Below are positions 42,395 through 59,300 of a stretch of 64,000 nucleotides of DNA, in pieces. The translations under genes were made by a program, and so were the position numbers. Numbering within the stretch: the stretch's first letter is position 1; each line of letters opens with the position of its first letter. This DNA comes from Tubulanus polymorphus. Its lineage: Eukaryota > Animalia > Nemertea. Location of the stretch: the NCBI RefSeq assembly GCF_964204645.1, contig NC_134026.1, positions 27,624,150-27,688,149 on the forward strand, given 5' to 3'. Under the pieces are notes generated by a model. The model was not told where the DNA came from and searched no databases. It worked only from the letters and a program-made list of their open reading frames with translations.

Positions 42395-44425
42395 AAATTT
42401 TGCAAAAAAAATAGATAATTCAACAAAATACTTTAACCTGAGTTGATGCGCAATGTAAAAGGTCATCATTAGAAAAATCAATTAGAGTTGATTTTCTATG
42501 ATACATAAAAAATAATATTCTATAATGAATTTATACAGGTGTCAAGTAGTGTATAGAATATCAATAATTTATCCAGTATTACTCATAGATATAACACACA
42601 AAAAGAGAATGCATCGTGCACAATATGATTATTATCTGACGACAGTGGCAATCCAGGCCTAACAAGATCTTCATTTCATATGAATAAAATTCTTTTGAAG
42701 AAACATTTCAGGAATCTTGAACTCATACCGGTATATCATAGGTGCTCAAAATTCTTAGATGGAAAGAAGAAATCGTATATTAGATAGATCTTTAAGATTT
42801 CTTCTTTTCATCTTCATTATTTCGAATAAATCTCTGAAAACGGAAAGAAGAAATCTTTCCGATATGCCAGCAAAAAACATTTATAGTTATCATTCACTCA
42901 ATTTTGTTTTTTTTTCATATACCGGACACTACATCGTATAGAAAAGTTTAAACTAATAATTTTAATCTTGAACTCATTTTGCCATCAGGCAATATTATGT
43001 TCAGGTTTTTCTTCTAAGGACATTTTTCACTACCAACAAGATTTAACTCAATATTCAATTTAAGTACAGTAACTTATTTCACGCAGAAAAAAATCAAATA
43101 AAACACGAAAATACAACTTATTTCTTCGATAAAAGACGGTTTCAAATTTTCAGGGCTGAAATGTTGGATTAATAGATCAATTTTATTCAAAATTGATTGG
43201 GCCTAAAATGTCAATGCTTTTATCAAATGGGAAAAAAATCAATTGAATATTTTGAAGAATGAAATAAATTGTTGGTTTCTCATCAGTACAGTAGATTCTC
43301 TCTTTAAGTTTCCAGCAGCAGCTAGCATATCGACAATTTTCTATCCAAGTTCAGATGTGTTGCATAGCAACCACTGCCAGTAGGTTTAATTGATTTACAC
43401 ACGTCACCAGTAGCAGAACAGAATAAATACATACTTTCTGATAGAAACTTGATAAATATTATTTCCACAAAAATTTCTTAATTTTCATGTGAGAAAAATT
43501 GCAGAATTAGATTTTATAGGCCTCAAGTCTTATCGATAAAATCTTCAAGCCCAGGAATCTAGTAAAGGATACTGGCAAAATCTTATAATGGTTTTCCTGT
43601 GCGTATGATGCAGGTTTAAAGCTGTTAAAATCAAAAGAACTTAAAATTCTTTGAGAAAATTTATACAATAAATAATTTATGTTTCTTAGGGAATTAGGAT
43701 CTGCCTGGTGTAAATTTCAATGGAAATCAAAATAATAGAAGGGACATTGGAATTTCCGTATTTTGTAATGTAATAAGGCAAAAAGCGAGACATCAAAGGA
43801 TAGATATTTTATTTTAGAGGGTACTGATGGGAACAATATCCTACAAAAGTTGCGTTCAAAATATCATTCACAGTACGATGATTTTTACCCGTTCATTCAG
43901 CTCTCAAGGTCATTTTTTTTTGTAGCAAAAATGGACAGAAAAATAACGCTCCTTTTGGTGATGTAACTAGCAAAACATCGCGAGTATTCTAACAAAAATC
44001 CCGTTACTCCCCTCCAATAGCCTCACTATCGAAACCAACGATTTGCCTTTGGGTTTGTTTTGCGTCTATTAAAACAGTTAATTTCAACACACATCATAAA
44101 GAACAAGTACCCCTCACCACAAACTCAATCATGATAAAAATATTCAACGTCGTATTTGCGATACGCACTGTATGATAAAAATGTATTCCAACGGTAGTTT
44201 TGCTTTCTTTTGAAGCGAAACGGGAAACGGCTAAAAAACTAAAACAACACTCGGGTCGCGGAAAGCGCTTCAAATGATACCATATTTCTCAACACAGAGG
44301 CAGTTAATTGACTAAAAATTACACTAAAAGTGAAGAACAAATTTATATCTAAAATGTAAATGAATCGCTATGCGATACACTAGGTTCATAATTGTGAAAT
44401 AATAATTTTATTAACGAATTCTTAC

Positions 44426-44828
44426 CCAGTTTAGAGCACCTGCGCCATTACGGTCTGGTTAATTTGCATATAACAGTAGAGGGAGGAGAACGGCACAATT
44501 AAGCGGGCAATTACTCTTTCCTCCTTCTGTTGGTTAAATGAAATTTATGTAAATGTCATATCTGCCCTGGAATTAGGAATTTATGCGATAGCTATAAATT
44601 TGACTGGTTAATTATGACCTGAAATAGCTGGGAATTAAAATAAAATGTTTCTAACTGGAATGAAACGATTGTTTTGTATAATTTTGTTTTGTATTCAAAA
44701 CTGATGATATGGATGGAAATTTCCCATAGTTCTGCGCGCTGATTACGTCACACTTCCTCAAGTCATGTTTTTGTTTTGATGCTGAAATTGTCAAAATTCA
44801 CTGCACTGATATCATCCCTTCTTAAAGG
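44426..44828. promoter_or_regulatory. Divergent promoter region shared by L3MBTL and PCMTD
   Basis: A minus-strand first-exon donor at 44425 and a plus-strand donor at 44828 bracket the region. CRE-like TTACGTCA next to ETS-like CACTTCCT at 44743-44758. Confidence 0.5.
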
Positions 44829-45969
44829 TATAACTCAGTTGATTTTTTGTGTCATTAAGTCTTTTAACGTCTCGGTTTTTAGCTTAACTCTAATTTACAG
44901 GTGATATGTTGCACGATTGTTTTTCCCTCTTGGATCATTATGATTTTTTTGTGGTGGGGACTAAAATCAGTATCAAGAAGTACCACCTGCCAGTCCACTG
45001 CCAGTCCCTACTTGAGTGCTGCTACCCTGACACAACGATTTTCCATTCCAGAGCTGGCCTACATACATAGGTTGGCTTGTCAGTGACAATTGTTACGTCA
45101 AACTTGTTGCAGTCGGTGATGAGCGTGATCTAGTCAGTAACCTGACTGTGGTTTAGTTTAACGATCGGCTATTTTCAAACATCCGATTACAAAAGGCTTA
45201 CCACCAACGATAAGTTAACTAAATAGGCGTGATCCTGACATTAAAATGGGTAGGCCTAATAAGTATAGAAAATTTGGTATCAGGACAATTGCCCCCAAAT
45301 TAAATCTTTTTAATCTTAAAGTATCTTAAAGATATTTATTTCTAATTAATCAGACAAAGCCTAATTCTAGAGGTTCTAGAGGTTAGAGATGAGTTCAAAA
45401 CATGGCCTGGCCCTTTGATTTGTTTGGCCTGGCCTCCTCAATTTGGCCTTAATCTCATTATAAACCTAGCTCTTCTCGAGTCCGAGTAGCTCGATCATTC
45501 ATTATGAAATCAGACTGATGGCGTCGTCACTTGACGGTTCCTACACTCCTCCACATCGGCACATCCTGAGACAAGCACTACGGCACAAGCATAAGGTGTA
45601 GAGTGTACAGAAGATACAGCTACTGTCATTATCTGATTAACGCCCAGCCTGGGAGGCGGTATAATTACACTGGGACATCTTCTGATTAACCAAAACAAAC
45701 TTCTGCTAAATCTCACTTGAAAATATGTTCATGTGTTTTCCGCTACTAAACATTGGATGCCGTAGAATTATAAAGTTTTAACATTCAAAAGTACTTGTCT
45801 CTGAGCATGCCAATGTAGACAAATGCAAGAAAAGTTAGATTTTGTATGGTTATAAGGTTAAAATAGGCCCTATAGCAGCCTTAAATGGCCAGGCCAGGTT
45901 TTGAATTCACCCAAAATTTTAGAATTTTGTGTCTGACTTGAGAAAATCTGACTTCTGAAAATCATTTAA

Positions 45970-48031
<2,062 letters not shown>

Positions 48032-51000
48032 GGTGTGTTCGTTCTGATATTTGTAAATAATTTGAATTGTGCTATTCTGTAAAACGAACACCGCTGCGAA
48101 GAAATGTAAATCAATGTTTCGACTAGAATGGGCTAATTACATGTATTTCCAGCTAACTAACAAATAAGATCTTATATAACCATTCATATATACATGTATT
48201 AACTTAATCATGCATTATAACATCGGAAAGCTGTGGAAATTGTTTATTATAAATATGTAGATACATTGAACAAATCTAAACAATTGCGGAGATGACATTC
48301 TCACTTGCTAACCAATACCCACCAATGTGAAGGCAAATTCATATAATTCACTTCTGGATTGCATTTTGTAGTTAGATATTTGATATGTAAAATCAGTGAA
48401 GTACTGTGATTCAGACTCACATTTCAAAAAATCATATATTATGTATGTATGAAAATCTGACCATCTGATGAGCTATATGTTCCTAAGTAGTTGTGTAATG
48501 TGCGAAGTGCTGAAGCCAGTTTCACTAGACTGGGTATCGATCTAGGTTATTAGTACTTTTCAAAACTTTTGCAGGCATTTTAAATTCCGCCCTATACCGT
48601 AGTTATGTATATGAAATGAAAAATGGGAAGTGTAAATAAGTTCTAAATATGTTTGTAAATAACCATTTAACTAAATTCATATTCATCATAATGTACTTTG
48701 AAAATATTATATATTATTCAAGTTTGATTTAATAGAACAGGATTATTTCTATTTATATCATGATATTGTTAAAGTTATTTAATCATCTTTATTTCGTCTA
48801 ATAATTTGTTGATAGTTATTGAGAGCAGAGCTGGGTGATTTTTTCTTGGAGGAAAATAATATTTTTATTCCAACGGATGTGCGTAATGTTTGTTGGTTAT
48901 TTTCTGTATGGCTGTACAGTGGTTAGTAGGGAAGTGCATATGTCTTCAATGTTATCAGGGTTGCATTTAGATTTTCTGGATAATTTATACCGATAAACCA
49001 TACAATTTTGAACATTGGAGATATAACGTTGATGGATGGATTGTTTTTCATTTGTTGTCAACAGTATTTTGACCCTAATGTTCTAATACTGTACTTATAC
49101 ATAGTTCTTTCAAAATCCCGAATAAAGAATTTAAGCTTTAGATACAAAATTGTTTTTATGGTCTTTCGTAATCGATCATTTCCGATGCCATGGATTCAAT
49201 CGAAGCTGACTGTCTTAAAAAGTTAATTTGATGCGTGGAAAGTAAAAAACATGAAGATGGCAAGGATACGATGAACCTCTATTGATTAGGATGAGAACGA
49301 GCCAATGATGAGGTTTTGACTCTAAAATGAATTTTTAAATTCATCCATGAAATTAGATCACTTCTAAAAAGAGATATAAGACTGAAGACACAAATATATG
49401 ACTAGCATGATAATGGTGTTACATTTATTGTATAAGACATGCTACCAAATACAAATGTTACATTGCATTGTATCTATCAATGCTTAAACTTTAAAATGTA
49501 AAAATGTACACTCAGTTACCAGAGCAATAACATAACAAGATGCACTAAATGCATGATAAGTCCCTCCTAAAGTCTGGATGACTAATTGAAACATTAAGAT
49601 GAGAATCAAACTCGCACACAGGACACCTAAACAAAAAGTATCTCAAAATCTTTATAAGTTTGAACTTGATAAAAGCAACACATAAAGAGACAACAGTATT
49701 ACGATCAGTTGCTCAAAATATTGATGGTTCAATGGAATTATTGCATCAATCCTTTGAGCAACTATCCACTAGACACACAGTCTCTGAGATCAACAACTTC
49801 TTAAAAACTAGGACTAGCCTATTTTATTAGGTGGCTACCCCTGAGACTTAAAGTACAGAAGATATTTCAATAGATTTGGGCCTACTAGTTTCTTAAAAAT
49901 TCTGTCAATAATGGTTGATTAGATCCATGTTATGGCAAAAATTGAAATATTTTCTGCTTTTATCTAAGTCTTGAGTGTATACCGGTAATTCTAAGTAAAA
50001 ACATACTTATTTCTCAGTAATAGTCATCCAATTACTGGAACCTACACCAAAGATAATCATTCAAATGAATAGCACTTACTAGGGAAAGTTATGGCACATG
50101 GAAATTACCGGTCCATTCAGACAAAAATCTCCCAACCAAGAAAAGAAATTTGAAGCATAAAGGCAAATTAATTGATAAATGAAAAGTTTCACTATCAGAG
50201 CTCTCATATTGATTTCAGGGATATAAGAGCTCTGATAATGTTAATGACATGCCAAAACAGTATGTACCCCTCTTTATTTCTAGCTTTTTTTTTTTGGTTG
50301 GAAGTTTTCAACATATGCCATGACATTTTGAAGTAGCAACTACTTATGATTCTGGGAAATTGTCTTCTCAGAAATTTACTATCATGGTAATCATCAATTG
50401 TTTCTAATTCTTAATTTCAATTCCTTCCTAACTCAATTGAATTTCAATGGTCATGACATTTGCTGAGTAGGCAATTTTGCGTGCGCATTCCTTATTTGAT
50501 ACCGAATTTGTTAACATATCAATCAAAGGTTGTTCAGTTAGCTCTCACAGATATCAGGTAGCTAACTAAAGAACCTTTGACAAGATACAAATACCACCTT
50601 GAGATTTGCTATCAATTGAGTTTTGAATTACTTGACATCCAATGATTTGGAATTCTTCATTTTCATTTTTTACTTCAGAAAATAGTAACTAAGTTCACTT
50701 CCATAAATGAAAATCAATGAATGCATAAAAAACAAAAATTTCATTGACAAAATTATGAATTATTGCACAAAGGTCATCACTATACATGTATGTACAAACA
50801 CATTATACCTATTTCAACTCTTTCAACCTGAAAGTCAATTTAATCATATACACTATACTTTTTGCTCATTTAAATATTTCGCTCCCACTTCATAACAAGT
50901 GCATAATTATATCTAATAATTTATTACATAGTTTTCTTGAGTTAAGGAAATATGCATTAAACAAAAATTCAAAACAAACAAGTTAATTTCTCCTTGTGGT

Positions 51001-52379
51001 GAAATTTCACTATAACAGTGTTGTATGGATCGCCGTTTCATGTAGGTATTTCATGTATGGTATTTCATATTACGATTTATCAGGCATTATTCTCTAGTTT
51101 TCATTAATGATACAAAATTTAGTAATTCTGGGACCTCTTCGATTTCTTAAGATATTGTTGAAATCTACAACAAGATAACCTATCTATTTTGATATTGTCG
51201 AAATATTTGACGAGATAAGCTACCTGTTCAGACTTGACATTTTTTATGAGAAATGGAATATTTGGTCAAATGAAAGTCAGAAATGATGCCTTAATTCAAA
51301 AATTCCTCACTAAAGATATGGTTATACGGGTAAACATTTGAGTACAGTGCCGCCTTGTTTTAGAGCGAGAAATATGTAATTGGATATAAAAACAATTTTT
51401 GAGATCAGAAATGATAATACTGTATCTTAAATGGATTAATTTGGATTAAACAGATTATTCACTAGGACAAGGTTCCATTGTACTCTTAAATATATAATTT
51501 GTGTGGTGGTTGAAGGAATGTTGGTATGTCAAAATCCTGAGCTGAAAATAAATGATAATTTATGATAACCAGCATGCTTCAACGATGACAACAATTCCAA
51601 ACCGAATGTTGTATCCAGAACATGAATGCTTGAAAGCTCTTAGTTCACAGAAAAAGTTAAAAGCATTTGCAACAATATCAATTTTAACGCTGAAACAGAA
51701 TAAGATAAAACATCTTGATTATGCTAGTCATTCAAATTGGGAAATGAGCAACTTTCCTTCATGAGATGAGAAACCAAGCAAGTTTTTATCGAACATTTTT
51801 ATGCTTTTATTACACAAACACAATTCTAGAAAAAATCCTATTACCCCAAGTATTTATGTATCAGATGATCAATCTCATCATTAATATATTAATTGATATC
51901 TAAATATTTACACTTTAATGGCAATAAATTAATTGCATTTTGACACGTATATATCAGTTATACATGTGTTATGTACACATATATCTTTGCTTAAAAGGGA
52001 AAAACAACTGAGCAAAATTTACATAATTATATCATCATCATTATCATTATCATAAAATATTTCTTATATCTTAATAATACAATTTTCATAAATTACATAG
52101 AAGAAATGCATTAAAATATATTATCAAAGACTGAATGTTCTAACACTACTCATATACAATGTACCACCATAGCCCAAAAACATTCAATTTGATAAGCATG
52201 TACGCCATCGTACATACGACAGTACCTTAATATACAACAGGGATTTCTTTTAGACAGTTCTGTTGATCTGGATGGAGTCAAACTATTGGGTATGAAATAA
52301 ATGACTACAGGGATACATTCAAAATGCAACTGGAAGCTGCACTAAGGAAACAATTTTATAGACTAGCCCTGGGTTCTAA

Positions 52380-52605
52380 CAGGGGCAGATTTAGGGGTGG
52401 TTTTGGGGGTCAAAGCCTACATACTTGACTCTAATCCCATTGGAAATTGCATCCTAACAAATGTTTTTTTCCGAAAATATCTAACACCGAATATGACCCC
52501 CCCCCCACTTGTGGCCTTTGGTGCGGCTGAAATGCCTTTGGTGCGAGAAATGCCCTTCTTTTTATTCTGGACCCCTGCCTTCCAATTTTCCTACATCCAC
52601 CCCTG
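52380..52605. mobile_element. MITE with CAGGGG(C/T)(A/G)GAT(T/G)TAGG terminal inverted repeats
   Basis: CAGGGGCAGATTTAGG matches the reverse complement of CCTACATCCACCCCTG at 13/16. GC-richer interior within an AT-rich region. Confidence 0.65.
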
Positions 52606-53380
52606 TTAAGACAGTCAGCTGAGTTAACACCAAGGTTAAAGTTAGGGCTGGTCTGTAAAACTGGCCCTCGATTTTTATAAGTTAACCCAATAGTTTGATC
52701 CTTAATTTCTAATTGATTTCAAAAAATATTCCTCGAGTTTAAGCTGAATCCATGTCACTAAAACTTGTCCCTTATTTTTTCTATTGAGATTAATTCTCCA
52801 AACACCCATTTACTCTTCCCCAAAATATAAACATGCGATAGCAACCAAACATGAATGTTTTTGCATTAAAATGCGACAGCAAAAAATGCATCAGTAATAT
52901 ATCATGGAATGCAAACTTACTCGACTAAAAATTGCCAGTATGAGAATCAGGTAGAAACCATACGCACTTTCATTTCCTATGTACATTTTTCAACTCTCTA
53001 TAAAAGGTCAATAACAAAAAACTTGGTTGAAAACAAACACCACTTTCTACAAATTTCTGGTTTTACCTATGATAAATAACGCAGCACTAAAAACCATTTA
53101 AAAAAAATATTATCACTCCTGCTAAATAACCTAGTTCCTCAGTTATGAGTTAGAATCAACTAAATATGTCCATTTTCAAATATCATCTCAGCAGAGTCAA
53201 ATTATAACTCATAACTGAAGAACTGGTTCCTGAAATCCAAATATTAAAAAGGTTACCAAGCCATAATGAGTGAAAATTTTATCAGAAATGTGTAATAATT
53301 TAGCTGTATCAGAGACACAAATATCTATTTTTTAGATACGGACAATAGATTCATTTATTTTAAACATACACGGACAAACA

Positions 53381-56300
53381 TTAATTCGGAATTTGTACTT
53401 CCGATAGTGCGAGTTTGACTCGTTCAAACAATACCTTATTTTCAACACTATATACATCAAGACATAATTGTTGCAACCTCGAAACATAACTATCAAAGTT
53501 TTCGTCATTTATCGTATCGTTACAGCTCGGTAACTGTACATTGTGTAAGTATTTGATTAGAGTCTGTTTTATACTACCCAGACTGTTTAACAGTGATTTA
53601 TTAGCATCACGTAGACGATTGTTATCTTTTTCATTCTGAATGCACTTTGTTTCTTTCACAGAGATCTCCGAACGAAATTTAACATTTTCACGTTCATTTT
53701 CGCTATTCGATTTCTGCAGTATGGCAATGTCTTTGTCAAGTTTGGCAATTTCTTCATCATTTTCCAAAGCTAAAAAATAAGAAAATCGATTTAAATGAGG
53801 GCTCCCTGCATTGGGACCTTCAGAATTTTAACGAGCTACATAATTTTATGAATCTTTAAAATTCCTGTTTGTTTCGGATCAAGTTGTGATCAAAAGAATT
53901 TCTTGTTTCTTTGATTTCTAAGAAATATTGCATCTACCAGCAGGAAAATCAAGTCACACAATAATAGCAATACAACCAGATAAAGCAACAAAGGTTGAAA
54001 AAGTTGCCTGGAGCATGCTGACCTGTAAACGAAACCAGAGATTAATATATGTATAAATACAACACTGAAATGAAAACAATCATTAATAGCGAAAAGGAAC
54101 TAAATAGTCATCGAAAGCCGTTCTTCACTCCTGCTGCATTCGCTATGGTGGTTGGTTTTTAATCATGCACAATGTCAGGAGACACGCGGGCTAGAAGCCT
54201 AACACTAGCACAAGACGCAAAGGCAAAGAGCTGTGCAAGATATATCTTAATGATGGTAATAATGAATAATAATGATGATGATAAATAATCAAAACGGACG
54301 ATTATGATCTTCAAAACACGGTAATAAAATGCTTACAGTGCGCTACAAGGGATCAAAAAAGACAAAAAGCAGAAACTGATGCACTTTGAAACGTGCAGCA
54401 AGAAAATATATATAGAATTACTAGTTCAGGTACAGGGTGAAGCGTTGTACGCTCTCACCTGCATACACTGCACCACCGGGAATCAGAGAAAATTACAAGT
54501 CCTGCTACACCCCATCCAGGTCACAGAACCAATCCATTGCATCAAGATCATCAGCTGTGCCAAGGGAAAATACATGCTTGATTGAATTACTGGAGTATTC
54601 AGCAGCAGACTTACTGAGAATTAATGAATAATTAGAGAAGATTTTTCATTGTTTAATAACTGAATGACAGAAATGCACCCCTTGTTTTATGACAGTGTGG
54701 AGGTACATTTACCTCCATCATTCTAGTAGACCCGATGAATCAAAAGTTTATCTCGCTTGCCAGGGTCTCTCTCAGTCGGTATAACAAGTTTTCAATTCGA
54801 AAAAGATTTGCAGGTGCTTTGGTTTAAAAAGAATTCTACATTGGGCTGAATATCGATGTTACAGCTTTGAATAGTTTTCACATCCTTAGGAAAGATATGA
54901 ATTTTTCTGATGCAGGACTGCTCGAAGACTCTGGGAAGCAAGAATTTCCACAACATCAATTATCATGAAATACAATAGAAAGAACAATTACCAAATCAAT
55001 TTCTCGAATGATAGAGAAATTGATTTCTAAAGCTGAAGTCATTCAAATATCATATGCAACCATCATTACGGTTGTCAAAGCTAGAAAATAAATTCAATTG
55101 ATAAATAGATTGTTTTATTAATCACCAAAACAGTTCTGATTCCAGGTGGTGCAATTCTTCAGCACTATCATAAATACAAAGATTATCATTACAAAGATTC
55201 GTAAATTGTGAGGTAAATATTAGCGCGCAGTTGAAGAGAAGCTAAGCCAATAGTATAGCATAGAGGTGATTCTATATATCTCATCGATTACACTCCTTTA
55301 TAAAACCAACTTCCAAATTTGAGATTCTCCAAAATATACATAGAGTAATGAAGTACTGGGCATGATCAATATGTGAGATTCAACGAAACATTCAAAGCTT
55401 GCAAGATCAGTGTTAACATTTCTTCTCAAGAAAGCGCAAGATATTGTCAATCTTAGAACACAAAATGCAGCTGTCCAATTCTGTTAATATTCATGTTACC
55501 AACATGAAGAATTATTCACTAAACAAAAATTCAAAAAAAAGTCTGTCAATGAATGGATAGTTCACAATTAAAACGTTAAAGAAACTTACATTCACCAGCT
55601 TGTACTTTTTGTTGAATTGCATTCATTTCTTCAATACTAAGTTTAGCTTTTTTCATTGCTTGCGTAGCACGTGGACAGCCAGACAGACTACGATGTGTTA
55701 GGAAACTTCCATTGGAATGTCCTGTACCATCACAACCGGGAGTTGGACACCTGTCAGAAACGGAAAAGAAATTTGTTGTCGATTCCCATGAAATATTCAT
55801 AGATGGGCTGTGGAGCATCACCCAGCCCGGTGGTTGATAGAGGGATGCAAATTGATCTCCAATTCGTTGGCCACGAAACATGTAAAATTCAAAATTTAAT
55901 GATGCATCATATTAAGATTACATAACGAGAAATTTTCCCTGATGAACGCATGCCTAGACTTACGTAAGTCCTTCTAATTTGAGTGGTCTATTGAGGTAGA
56001 CAGTATTGCCATCATTAGCTGGTTCGTTAATGAGTTGTGATAGATGACGCATCATACGATGACGATTAGCTATAGGACAACCAGACGCACTGAAAAAACA
56101 CATTATAAATCACATATTACCGACAACATAAACATGACAGGTTTTAAGTGAACAGCAGATTAACTTGAGACTCGAATTGAGACATGCACATGTATATCAC
56201 TGCCTTCATTCAGTCAAACCCACATAATTCAGATCAGTTTCCGGATTCTGATCTCACCCAGGAAATCATTAACGGTTCATTTATTATAAATAAATATATG

Positions 56301-59300
56301 TAAAATACGGAATGATGTTTAATCGAGAATTCGCATGAACTGGATGAATTTCATTGGTCTCAAATGATCCAAATCATGCGGGTTCCAGTAAAGTTCTAAA
56401 CTGAACTGTTTGTCAGGAATGAAATGATGCAAAGTGTCATGCAATATTGACAGTGTCAACAAATGAGAATTTTACTCATCAGAACAAAAAAGCAAATAAT
56501 TAATTTTCGGAAAAACCACACCATCCTTGAACCAGAAGTGAAATCCACTTCTACCATAATACTGGGTAGTGTACAATATATTCATGTATACATATCGTAT
56601 ACTAGAATTACCATACAGAGTGGTTAACAATGTACAAAAACAAATATAAAATCATCCGTAACACCAAAAATAAGTCACAAAACCAGCATTAGGAACCCTC
56701 AAAGTGTCCAAAACAATTAAGAAACTAATTTCTCTAAGTGGTGAAACTAAAACAAAAAAGATTCCTAAAATCTCAAAAATGAGCTGGATAGAAATAATTA
56801 CTTTCTTTCAATAATAAAGAGTTGATAGAACTGGTTAATGCATTAATAATGATCCAGCAAATTTTTCCATACAAAAACAAAAAAGACCACAACACAAGGG
56901 AAAGGATTGATGATCAGACAACACTTCCACCTAGTGTTCAAGTCTACCTTCGATGTGACAAATATTTTCCAGTCACGTGACCTGTACCATCGCATCCAGG
57001 CACAGGACATCTATGTCAGCAATAACAAAACAATTATAAAATACAGTTAGTTCAAAGAGATATAGTAAGATACATCAGAGTTAGGTTAGTTCAGGTTAGT
57101 CTCAAGTGTTCTATTGTATCAGATATATTATCATATCAAAGTGGTTCTAACATGATAACGTTTAACTAGGAGCAATTTCATTACAACTTCAACATCATTA
57201 GATTAGATTTATGAACAAATATTGTAGCCACCACTAATAAAAACACTTATATCCAATATCAATCACTACCCAGATGCGTAAAATGTTATCAATATCAAAT
57301 AAAGGCCCCACCTTTCTTGCTACTTACTGTACTAGGGAAGTAGAATTGAGGAATGTGATTAGACCTAATGACGACCCAATTTGAAATGTGAACCTGAATT
57401 TCTATAAAATGCTCCAAAACCACAAATATAAGCTACACAACACTGAGAGGACAACAATAGGTAGCGCACCTGAGGGGCTCATCATCCTCCCGTTTTTTGG
57501 GTTTGTTCGCCCGAGGACAGCCAGATAGGCTACGATGAGATGCATAATTTCCAGTCACATGACCAGAACCATCACAGCCCGGAGTTGGACACCTATGTTA
57601 GAAATTAGCATTGTTAATATCAGTTAGCAGATAGTTTTAGTGTGAGTAGTATTAAAAGTTATATCAACATAACAAAAACGTTTCATTAGTTTTTATATTC
57701 TATGTAAGAATAGCTTTATCAATACAGGGAACATAAAGTGATACAAAACAAAAAACGTAAATTTGACAAAACTTCAGAGAAAACCTACTTACTGCATGAT
57801 GCATGTTACTACTAAAATGATTCACTCACAATATCAATTTTGTGCAACTACCTGGTAAAGTTTTTTGTGTATTGATTAGTCGTTATGAACCAATAGCTCG
57901 TAGCAGGTTACATCAATGACACATGTACTAAATATAATACTGAGAGATCTGAAGATTGATTGTTTTGATAACCAATGTTTCTAGAAAAGACTTTTACAAT
58001 ACTAATGTACACACTATCACCATAGTTACACATATTATTACACAGAGAAATAAGAAATATCATCTCACTTTTGTTCGACATGGTTAGCTTGAATCAGCGC
58101 ACGTTCAGCTCTCGGACAGCCAGATAAACTTCTGTGTGTCGCGTAGTTGCCTGTGATATGTCCAGTGCCATCGCAGTCTGGTGTTGGACATTGTATCAGT
58201 TCCTTCTTACCCAAGAACTTTTGCTCGCTGGGTGAAAGAGGTTCTGGCGGTAGGTGTGCATATGGGTTGGTTGGATTGGGTGATCCGAGCCTGTAATATG
58301 ATAGAATTAATTTTACTACTATCACAAAATATCCAAATCATTTGCAGGGGAATCATCTGGCATACTGAACAAACCATTATACATTTCAATTTCTACCATA
58401 GCACAAATAATGGCCGCGCAATTAAAGTCTACTAACATAACAATATTGAAGCACCTTTGTAGAAAGCATATCTTCTTTTCACATCCCGTCTTCACCATAG
58501 CACGAAGCACAGGAGTTAGGATAAATAATATTCGAGGATATATAAAATCCACAATCATGTATAATTTTGGCTTCATCATAAATCTATACGCGGCATTTTG
58601 TGTCAGCAAATAGCTGCTTGAACTTAATGGAATTAAGGTTACCGTCCGGCTGTCCATCAGTGGATGCAGAGAAAATTAAAATATTTAACATACCGTGATT
58701 GTTGTGACATCGGCGACCTAATACTAGGTTGAGTCACCAACGGTGGTGGAGGTGACAGCGACGAAGAAATGGTAGGCGATGAGACGTGTGGAGGTTGCGT
58801 TGACACAACAACTGTCGAAGTATTGAGTTGTTTACTACAAGTCGTAGTAGCGGTAGGGCTCGCAGAACACTGTCCATCCTGAACGTTAATGTTTATATGT
58901 CGAGCTATATCACTCACACCACTTGTTGTGCTATCCGGCGTTAAACTATTGCTAGTAATAGTATTATTATTATTATTAATAATAATCGTAGGCGAGGAAG
59001 ATTCCTGAGATTTACAGCTGAAATCCATTGGCTGCTCCTGTGGAGCATGACTGCGTGAAATAACAGGAATGTTTAATGGGGTCATGGTTGGCTTTTTGGC
59101 ATAATTATTAACACATTCCTCCATCTTAGTAGTGTCTTTTGTCGAAAGGTTAATAGGTTGCAAAGGATCGTAGCGATATTGGGGTTTATAAAGATGTGGC
59201 CGTTTGCTTAGAATATTCGGGCGATCTGGCGCAGATTCACACATTTTAATCTGACCAGACTGCTGCTGTGATTGAACCGGCTGCGCGGATAGCAGACTTT

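Noticed and set aside
48032-53380. Short ORFs of 60-72 aa between PCMTD and MYT1, and similar ORFs inside introns
   Set aside because: AT-rich, without recognisable domains or splice context; consistent with UTR or intron noise.
53938-54022. Possible stop-containing exon in the last MYT1 intron
   Set aside because: Weak donor and no independent support.
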